From positions 16,080 to 80,079 of the forward strand of contig DATNDO010000043.1 of assembly GCA_035606955.1 (NCBI GenBank): 64,000 nt of DNA, read 5' to 3'. Shown one piece after another: positions 57,422 through 64,000 of this stretch (position 1 is the stretch's first letter; each line of letters starts with the position of its first letter). The notes under the pieces were generated by a model. The model was not told where the DNA came from. It made no database searches and was given only the letters and a program-made list of their open reading frames with translations. Both the position numbers and the translations under genes were made by a program. This DNA is from Candidatus Angelobacter sp. GTDB lineage: Bacteria; Acidobacteriota; Terriglobia; Acidiferrales; UBA7541.

Positions 57422-58690
57422 TCATTCAACGCATCCGGTCGCGGCAAGACTTTCTACTGCCACCGGAAAAATCGGTGGACGCGCGGACTCCGCCTTCCAT
57501 CCAAACAAAAATTCTACTGCAGGTCCACAAATCCGGCCCTGGCACGGTCCCATCCCGCAGCGCGTTTGTAATTTCGCCGCGCGCCAGGACGATTGCTCTT
57601 TCAGCCGCCCGAACTTTACGTCTTCGCAGCGGCAAACGATGGTCTCTGCGCTCGGCAGCGGCCTCAATTCATCTCGCAGCATGAACGCGCGCTCCAGCGC
57701 CATCGAAAAGCGGCGTTGGCTTTTTCGCTCGCCGAAATATTCCTGCGCTCTTTCGCGCTGGCCCGCCGCCGCGAACCCGGCGATTTGCCCCTCCGCAATC
57801 GACAGCTCAAGCCCGCCAATTCCCGTCGGTTCGCCTGCGCAATAAATTCCTGAGACCGAACTTTCCTGAAAATTATCAGTTCGCACAAATCCCGCTCGCA
57901 GCTCGCAACCAAGGAGCGATGCCAACTCCGTATTCGGAACCAGATGAAACCCACACGCGAGATAATTGCATGCTTCCTTCCATGTTTTACTCTCGGTTCG
58001 CAGGGTGACACTTTCAACCTTGCCATTTCCTTCTGCTGCAGTTACCCAACACCCCGCGCGAAACGCAATCCGCGAAAGCTGTTTCTTGAGCTGAAGCGCC
58101 TGAGAAATCTTCCGTCCGTGAGATGCCACCGCCATGCCAAATCGAATCAGACGCGACCACGGCGCCTGCTCCGCAATTGTACGTACGTCGGCTCCGTGCG
58201 CCCTCAGATGTGCAGCCACCGCCAAAAGGAGTGGCCCGCTTCCGGCGATCACTACTTTCTTGCCGGTAATGTCCATCCCCGATTTCACCACCGCTTGTAA
58301 TCCCCCCGCTCCCATCACATTCGGCAACGTCCATCCCGGAAACGGCAGGAAACGTTCCCGCGCTCCCGTGCACAAAATCAATTTCTTGTAACTCAACTCG
58401 CACAGGCCGTCTGAAGACGTCGCGGTGAGTCTGCCTGTTTCCGGCTGCGCAAAGACTTCCATCGGAGTCAAAATTTCCGCGGGCGAACTGGCAAGCCTCC
58501 GAAGCCAGCTCGCGGCTTCCGCCAAATGCGAATCCCGTGTTTCGCCTCGCCAAATCTGTCCTCCGGCGCGCAGATTATTGTCGACGACCCCGACGCGCAC
58601 GCCGGCTTCTGCCGCGCAACACGCCCCCGCGATTCCCGCGGGCCCAGCTCCCACGACCAGCACATCGAAACTGCGCCGTGAGTTATTCAT
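57422..58690 (-). CDS. FAD/NAD(P)-binding oxidoreductase, HcnB/opine-oxidase A-like subunit (D-hydroxyproline dehydrogenase alpha-like)
   Basis: Start at ATG 58690 gives MNNSRRSFDVLVVGAGPAGIAGA. C-terminal Cys cluster CRCEDV...CGMGPCQGRIC. Confidence 0.8.
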   Translation of the reverse strand: MNNSRRSFDVLVVGAGPAGIAGACCAAEAGVRVGVVDNNLRAGGQIWRGETRDSHLAEAASWLRRLASSPAEILTPMEVFAQPETGRLTATSSDGLCELSYKKLILCTGARERFLPFPGWTLPNVMGAGGLQAVVKSGMDITGKKVVIAGSGPLLLAVAAHLRAHGADVRTIAEQAPWSRLIRFGMAVASHGRKISQALQLKKQLSRIAFRAGCWVTAAEGNGKVESVTLRTESKTWKEACNYLACGFHLVPNTELASLLGCELRAGFVRTDNFQESSVSGIYCAGEPTGIGGLELSIAEGQIAGFAAAGQRERAQEYFGERKSQRRFSMALERAFMLRDELRPLPSAETIVCRCEDVKFGRLKEQSSWRAAKLQTRCGMGPCQGRICGPAVEFLFGWKAESARPPIFPVAVESLAATGCVE

Positions 58691-58931
58691 CCGTTCGAAT
58701 GTCCATTGCCTGCCCGCATCGTATCTGACATGACCGGCAATGGCGTTCCCCATTAATCGTCACTCGGCATTCGAAGCACACGCCCATTCCGCACAGCGCA
58801 CCGCGCGCCGCGCCGCTAACGGAACGCCGCAAAGTTGTCGTGCCGCTCAGAAGAATTGCCGCCAGCGCGGTCATGTCTTCCGTCACGCCAACTTGCGCGC
58901 CATTCACCGTCACTGAAAAAGCCTTAGGCAT
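58683..58931 (-). CDS. small [2Fe-2S]-binding subunit (HcnA-like, gamma)
   Basis: 82 aa with Cys motif CGMGVCFEC...C..C. It overlaps both neighbours by 8 nt. Confidence 0.7.
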   Translation of the reverse strand: MPKAFSVTVNGAQVGVTEDMTALAAILLSGTTTLRRSVSGAARGALCGMGVCFECRVTINGERHCRSCQIRCGQAMDIRTDE

Positions 58932-60051
58932 GTACGCCCTCGGGAACGCGCGAAGGCAAATACGGCCCGATCGGAATTTCCGACGCGCGTCGCAAGAGTT
59001 GATCTACAAGCAGCTTTGCCGTTCCCAGCGATGTCGTAATACCCAAACCTTCGTGTCCCGTGGCAAGAAATAGATTCTCGCGTCCGACCCACGGGCCAAT
59101 CAGCGGCAATTTATCGGGTGTCGCTGCGCGAAAACCCGTCCAACTACGAATCGCCGACAATCGATTCACTCCCGGCAAAAAGTCCGCTGCTCGCTCCAGC
59201 ATGCGCTTCAAAATACTCGCATCGACTTCTTTGCCCTCCACATCGAACTGCCGGGAAGACCCAATCAACATTTGGCCCGTGCGCCGCGGCTGCACGTTGA
59301 ACGCTACCGATTCCGTCGCCATCGAATGCGCACTCTTCAAATATCCCAGCTCCACCAATTGGTGCTTCACAAATCCCGCATATCGTTCAGTAATCACCAG
59401 GTGCCCTTTGCGTTTTTTCACTTCAATCCCCGGAGTGAGCATCGGCGACCACGTTCCCGCGGCGTTCACCACCCAGTGGGCGGCAATGACGGTGCCATCA
59501 TTTAGCCGCACGCCTTCGGCGTTAATCTCCGTCACCACGCGCGAAAGATACAATTCAGCGCCCCGTGACTGCGCTCGTTCGACGAAAAATCGCGCCGCGC
59601 ACGGCGCATAAATCACCGCGTCGCCGGGAACTAGCAACCCGCCGACCAACCCTTCGCGCAGGCTCGGCTCCGCCATTCGCAGCGCCTTCGCATCGAGCAC
59701 TTCCACCGATACGCCGCGCGCCTCGTAAAATTCTTTTTTTTGCCGGACGGCCTCCATCTCCTCTTCATCAGCGGCCACCCAAATCGTTCCGCACGACTCG
59801 TACTCCACATCGCCCGGCAATTCCCTCGCAAGCTGCTGCCATAACGAACGCGAGTATCGAGTCAGAGCGAACTGTGCCTCGGAGTCATCCATGACAACCA
59901 GGTGGCCCATTCCCGCCCCGGTCGCACCTCCTCCGATGATGTCAGCCTCAACCACTGCGACGCGCAAACCCTCGTTCGCGCAAGCCCAAGCACACGCAGC
60001 GCCAACAATCCCTGCGCCGATAATCACTACGTCATAGGCTCTCGCCCTCAT
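58924..60051 (-). CDS. FAD-dependent oxidoreductase (DadA/HcnC-like, D-hydroxyproline dehydrogenase beta-like)
   Basis: 375 aa. N-terminal YDVVIIGAGIVGAACA dinucleotide fold. It overlaps the epimerase stop (ATGA). Confidence 0.85.
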   Translation of the reverse strand: MRARAYDVVIIGAGIVGAACAWACANEGLRVAVVEADIIGGGATGAGMGHLVVMDDSEAQFALTRYSRSLWQQLARELPGDVEYESCGTIWVAADEEEMEAVRQKKEFYEARGVSVEVLDAKALRMAEPSLREGLVGGLLVPGDAVIYAPCAARFFVERAQSRGAELYLSRVVTEINAEGVRLNDGTVIAAHWVVNAAGTWSPMLTPGIEVKKRKGHLVITERYAGFVKHQLVELGYLKSAHSMATESVAFNVQPRRTGQMLIGSSRQFDVEGKEVDASILKRMLERAADFLPGVNRLSAIRSWTGFRAATPDKLPLIGPWVGRENLFLATGHEGLGITTSLGTAKLLVDQLLRRASEIPIGPYLPSRVPEGVHA

Positions 60052-61010
60052 TTCGTAATTCCGAAACGAAACGGATCGCGCTCGTCGAGTATCAGGTCGC
60101 CTTCAGCATCGATGTACGCCGCCCCTTTTATGCTTGGGTACACATGGCCATCTGGCTCCCCTTCCCGAACCTTAATGCTGCCTTCGAACACGCTCCCCAC
60201 AATGCTTTCCTGCCGCCAGATCGCGCCTTCCTTCAACTTGCCGTCCGCGTAGAGACACGCCATCTTTGCGCACGTGCCTGTTCCGCACGGTGAACGGTCG
60301 TAGCTCTTCCCCGGACACAGCACAAAATTTTTGCTGTTCACGCCGGGAATCTTTGAAGGACCAAACAACTCGATGTGATCGATTTCCCCACCGTTCTTGC
60401 CTCTGATGCCTGCGCGTGTAATTGCCTGGCGAATCTGCCACGTGAATTCAGTCAATCTTTCGACGTTGGCAAAGGAGATTTCCATCCCATGCTCTTTCAC
60501 CAGGAAAAACCAGTTCCCGCCCCACGCCACGTCTCCAGTGACCAAACCATGCCCGGGCACATCCACGCCAATCCCAACGCCCGTGCGATAACTCACAACA
60601 TTGTCGACGGACACTTCGCCCGTTTCGTGCAGCTGCGCCGTCACCTTTCCTACGGGCGTCTCGATCTGATGCTCGCCCGGCTTGAGCCGCCCCAGGTGTT
60701 TCAAAGTTACGAGCAAGCCAATCGTTCCGTGACCGCACATTCCCAGGTAGCCAACGTTGTTGAAAAAAATCACGCCCGCTGTGCACGACGGATCCTCCGG
60801 TTCGCATAGCAGGGCGCCCACGACCGCATCCGATCCGCGAGGTTCGTTCACCACCGCAGATCGGAACCAGTCGAATTCCTCGCGAAATCGTGCCAGCCGG
60901 CCAGACAATGGGCCGCCGCCCAGCGACGGACCACCTGCAACAACGACTCGCGTCGGCTCGCCGCCTGTGTGAGAATCGATTACCTTAACGCGACTAACTT
61001 GTTCTCGCAT
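60048..61010 (-). CDS. 4-hydroxyproline 2-epimerase (proline racemase family, Cys/Cys type)
   Basis: DSHTGGEPTRVV is present. Both catalytic positions are Cys (MCGHGT and SPCGTGT). The start is placed at the internal Met (MREQVSRVKVID). Confidence 0.85.
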   Translation of the reverse strand: MREQVSRVKVIDSHTGGEPTRVVVAGGPSLGGGPLSGRLARFREEFDWFRSAVVNEPRGSDAVVGALLCEPEDPSCTAGVIFFNNVGYLGMCGHGTIGLLVTLKHLGRLKPGEHQIETPVGKVTAQLHETGEVSVDNVVSYRTGVGIGVDVPGHGLVTGDVAWGGNWFFLVKEHGMEISFANVERLTEFTWQIRQAITRAGIRGKNGGEIDHIELFGPSKIPGVNSKNFVLCPGKSYDRSPCGTGTCAKMACLYADGKLKEGAIWRQESIVGSVFEGSIKVREGEPDGHVYPSIKGAAYIDAEGDLILDERDPFRFGITK

Positions 61011-61149
61011 AAACTCTTTGTTCGCCAGAAGCAGAATAAGCGGAAACACACCTCACCGCAGTCTGTGAAACATTGAAATATAACCCGTTGAATATACTAT
61101 ATACAAGACGTTTGCTATCTTTCACTTCTTCGCACCTCTGGAGGCACCC

Positions 61150-62214
61150 ATGCAGTTCGCGCGCATGATTTCCGCAATCGACGCTCACGCTTGTGGCGAG
61201 CCGGGGCGCGTCATTATCGGCGGAGTTCTAGATGTGCCGGGCAAAACGATGTTCGAGAAAAAACTTTACTTCGAGACGCACGCCGACAGCCTTCGCAAGC
61301 TGATGCTCCGCGAACCGCGCGGCTACCCTGCCTCCAATTGCAATTTAATTCTCCCGCCCACCCATCCCGATGCGGACGCCGGCTTCATCATCATGGAGCA
61401 GGTCGAATACCCGCCGATGTCCGGCACGAACACGATTTGCGTCGCTACCGTTCTGCTCGAGACAGGCATGATTCCGATTCGCGGCCGAACTATGCGCCTG
61501 AAATTAGACACGCCAGCGGGTCTCATCGAAGTCGAGGCGGAAATCGAGAATTCGAAAGTCACACGCATCACATTTCAAAATGTCCCGGCCTTCGCCGTTT
61601 ATCTCGACGCGTCAATTGAAGTGCAAGGACTGGGCGCCGTCAAGGTTGACGTCGCTTACGGAGGAATGTTTTACGTTATCGCCGACGCAGAACCTCTGGG
61701 AATTCGCCTTATCCCCGAGGAAGCTCGAGGGATCGTTCGCGTCGGAGAAATGATCAAGGCGGCGGCGCAGGAGCAGCTTCCCGTCGCGCATCCTGAAAAT
61801 CCCGCGATCTCAGGAATCACCATCGCGCAACTTTCCGCGCCTTCATCCAATCCAGAAATTCATCGCAAGAATGCTGTAATCGTGTCCACCGGCGAGCTCG
61901 ACTGGAATCGTCCTTCGTCGTGGACCGGCGCACTAGACCGCTCGCCCTGCGGCACAGGAACTTGCGCGAAAATGGCCGCATTGCACGCAAAGGGCGTGCT
62001 CTCGCTCCACCAGGACTTTGTTCACGAAGGAATTCTTGGCACCACGTTCACAGGCCGTCTCATCGGCGAATCGCGCGTCGGCCGTTATCCGGCCGTAGTT
62101 CCCACCATCAGCGGACGCGCGTGGATCACCGGTTTCTCGCAATACGTGCTGGAAAGCGACGACCCGTTCCCCGAAGGTTTCACCGTAGGCGATATCTGGG
62201 GCAACACAAAATAA
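61150..62214 (+). CDS. proline racemase-family protein, Ser/Cys active-site variant
   Basis: 354 aa. DAHACGEPGRVI is present. The first catalytic position is Ser (PMSGTNT) and the second is Cys (SPCGTGTCAKMA). It is divergent from the epimerase operon. Confidence 0.85.
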   Translation: MQFARMISAIDAHACGEPGRVIIGGVLDVPGKTMFEKKLYFETHADSLRKLMLREPRGYPASNCNLILPPTHPDADAGFIIMEQVEYPPMSGTNTICVATVLLETGMIPIRGRTMRLKLDTPAGLIEVEAEIENSKVTRITFQNVPAFAVYLDASIEVQGLGAVKVDVAYGGMFYVIADAEPLGIRLIPEEARGIVRVGEMIKAAAQEQLPVAHPENPAISGITIAQLSAPSSNPEIHRKNAVIVSTGELDWNRPSSWTGALDRSPCGTGTCAKMAALHAKGVLSLHQDFVHEGILGTTFTGRLIGESRVGRYPAVVPTISGRAWITGFSQYVLESDDPFPEGFTVGDIWGNTK

Positions 62215-62282
62215 GAGACCGCATCGAATGCGCGCCGCCACAAACGCAGCAGTCAATCGCCTCGCTTCATACTGCTGAGGCT

Positions 62283-64000
62283 CTATCGATTTCCGCCTGC
62301 GCCCGCATCCGGTGCCGGACTGACTGCCGTAACCGGAATCACTCCATGCTCCGCAAGCGAGCGATTAAACGCCGGAATATCCTTGCTAATCAAAGCCTGG
62401 TAATCGGCCTTCGCTGACGCCAAGTCCTTCTCAATCATTTGCAACAAACTTAAAGCCGTATCCGTGGGCGCAAACGCCGCACCGCCCGCCACGTCTCCCG
62501 CGCCCGAGCCTACCTCGCCGTTCAGCCACAACAAATTCAGATACACTTTATAAGCTGAAACGAAATATTTGTCATCGCTGTTGGCCTCGACGCGCGAGAT
62601 CAACTTGAACTCAACCCCCTGCAACTTCTCGTCCATCTCTTTCACGGACTTCAGCAAATCGCCCTTGGTCTTTTCATCCGCCAGCATCGACTGCACGTCG
62701 TCAAGCTGTTTCCGCATCCATTCGATTTGATTCACCATATCCGAAGTGGTCGTGATGTCGTCGCGTATGCGCAGCAGCGTTTTCACGGAAGATTCGATTT
62801 CTGCATCGCTGCTTGGAACATTTGGATCTCGCAAAATTGTCAGCGGCTGCGTGTAGCTCTTTCCATTGACTGTCAGCCTGACCGTGTACTTCCCCTGCGT
62901 GACGATCGGCCCCGCTGCCGCGACTTCCAATCCCCAGTGTGTAATCGGACGCGAGTTCTTATCGCGGAACCGCAGTTCGTCCCAAATGTGCGGATTGTCA
63001 GGAGCCGCCGTGCGCAACGCCACCAGCTGCGGCGGTTCGTACCGCAAGTCCCACTCCACTCGATTCATTCCCGCTTTGCCGGACGCTTTCAGTTTCCTGA
63101 CCACCTTGCCGTTCGAATCGAGAATTTCAATTTGCACCGGGCCTTTATCTTTGTCCGCGCTGGTCGCCGCAGCTTGTTCCGTATCTTCAGCGGCGTCTTT
63201 CTTGCTTGCCTGTTTACTCTCCGCGTTCGCGTTCACTTCCGTCTTCAAGGCGTATGTGATCCCGACTCCCCCGCCGCGCACGAACCGGTAGGTCGCGCGC
63301 GGTTCGAACAGCCGCACCGCTGCCTCCGAATTATCCTTCGCCATCTGCTCGAGCGGCGTGATGTCATCCAGAATGTAGAGTCCGCGTCCGTACGTCGATA
63401 CCACCAGATCGTGGAATTGTTTCTGCACTACAGCCCACGAAACCGTCGTATGCGGTAAACCTTTGTCGAACGCCGTCCAGTGCCCGCCATCGTCCAGCGA
63501 GTAGTGCAACGCATTCCCGGTCCCAGCGAACAGCAGCCCCTTGCAATTGGGATCTTCGGCAATCACGCGAACGTACCCCAATTCTCCCTTAGGCAATCCG
63601 TCGCTGATCTTCGTCCAACTCTGTCCAAAGTCCGTCGTCTTGTAAATAAAGGGATCCCGATTATCCATCAAGTGAAAATCCACCGAGACGTACGCCGTTC
63701 CCGCATCGAAATGCGAAGGCTGAATGCTCGTAACGGTTCCCCACGCGGGAAGCCCCGAGATATTTTTCGTCACATTGTTCCACTGGCCGCCGCCGTCTTT
63801 CGTGTACCACACCTGTCCGTCATTCGTTCCTGCCCAAATCAGTCCCTTCTGAATCTGCGAAGGCGCAATCGCAAACACCACTTCGCCGTAGAATTGCCCC
63901 AGGTTGTCGCCTTCCAACCCGCCCGATGGAACGATCCGGCTGGGGTCATGCGTAGAAAGATCAGGGCTCGCGACCGTCCAGCTCCGGCCTCCATTCGTCG
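62283..64000 (-). CDS. BNR/Asp-box repeat beta-propeller protein (partial, 5' end beyond right edge)
   Basis: Asp-box motifs TKDGGGQW, TTDFGQSW and SLDDGGHW. The frame upstream of the track's TTG 63917 stays open to base 64000 (…NGGRSWTVASPDLSTHDPSRIVPSGG-LEGDN). Confidence 0.7.
   Translation of the reverse strand, partial: TNGGRSWTVASPDLSTHDPSRIVPSGGLEGDNLGQFYGEVVFAIAPSQIQKGLIWAGTNDGQVWYTKDGGGQWNNVTKNISGLPAWGTVTSIQPSHFDAGTAYVSVDFHLMDNRDPFIYKTTDFGQSWTKISDGLPKGELGYVRVIAEDPNCKGLLFAGTGNALHYSLDDGGHWTAFDKGLPHTTVSWAVVQKQFHDLVVSTYGRGLYILDDITPLEQMAKDNSEAAVRLFEPRATYRFVRGGGVGITYALKTEVNANAESKQASKKDAAEDTEQAAATSADKDKGPVQIEILDSNGKVVRKLKASGKAGMNRVEWDLRYEPPQLVALRTAAPDNPHIWDELRFRDKNSRPITHWGLEVAAAGPIVTQGKYTVRLTVNGKSYTQPLTILRDPNVPSSDAEIESSVKTLLRIRDDITTTSDMVNQIEWMRKQLDDVQSMLADEKTKGDLLKSVKEMDEKLQGVEFKLISRVEANSDDKYFVSAYKVYLNLLWLNGEVGSGAGDVAGGAAFAPTDTALSLLQMIEKDLASAKADYQALISKDIPAFNRSLAEHGVIPVTAVSPAPDAGAGGNR

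Noticed and set aside
57422-60051. Hydrogen cyanide synthase (hcnABC) or opine oxidase call for the three oxidoreductase genes
   Set aside because: The subunit architecture is shared. Here, though, the genes are sandwiched between a Hyp epimerase and the DapA-like and KGSADH genes. The D-hydroxyproline dehydrogenase role fits the context better.
61050-61149. Sigma-70 promoter boxes in the divergent spacer between the two racemase-family genes
   Set aside because: AT-rich TTGAAA and TATACT-like hexamers are visible. I could not find a pair with proper 16-18 bp spacing, so no call was made.

Overview
This is a densely coding 64-kb chromosomal window with moderately high GC (judged by eye, not computed). 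Most genes lie on the minus strand. The gene content resembles a soil Acidobacteriota-type genome: fused E1 alpha/beta, GldG-type ABC system, and NHL and BNR propeller proteins. That placement is an inference, not a database hit. I saw no rRNA, CRISPR array, transposase, integrase or phage block.

Layout:
- (1) 1-11.3 kb, minus strand: a long catabolic cluster. It holds a TetR regulator, three crotonases, an aldehyde dehydrogenase, a BoxB-like diiron acyl-CoA oxygenase, a rhodanese, an Spx/ArsC-like gene, a three-subunit molybdenum hydroxylase of the 4-hydroxybenzoyl-CoA-reductase type, and an amidohydrolase.
- (2) 11.5-22.7 kb: an ECF sigma/anti-sigma pair and assorted envelope genes, a fused 2-oxoacid dehydrogenase E1, and a fluoride riboswitch-crcB-DUF190 unit.
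- (3) 22.9-27.8 kb: a poorly characterised block. It holds an XRE/S24-like regulator, a small secreted tandem-repeat peptide, a 7-TM protein, a receiver-HD-GYP protein and an exported peroxiredoxin.
- (4) 27.9-32.6 kb: an aa3-type cytochrome c oxidase operon.
- (5) 32.8-36.3 kb: tRNA-Leu, then secG-tpiA-pgk-gap.
- (6) 37.5-45 kb: nucleoside salvage genes, tRNA-Gly, and a GldA/F/G-like ABC system with a DUF4340 protein.
- (7) 45.7-52.8 kb: transporters, a large repeat lipoprotein and a BNR propeller.
- (8) 52.8-62.2 kb: a complete hydroxyproline catabolic cluster plus a divergent second proline-racemase-family paralog.
- (9) A partial BNR-repeat gene at the right edge.

Most notable observations:
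- Two genes that the ORF track shows as truncated or split are better explained as selenocysteine (TGA-recoded) genes. One is a UxxC Spx/ArsC-family protein and the other an exported peroxiredoxin. In each the TGA falls exactly on the redox-active Cys position and a hairpin follows it.
- A secreted 82-aa peptide carries two identical 14-aa repeats. Their DNA differs at 10 of 14 codons, and every difference is synonymous.
- The Hcr-like and BoxB-like aromatic-CoA gene set lacks recognisable BoxA and BoxC.
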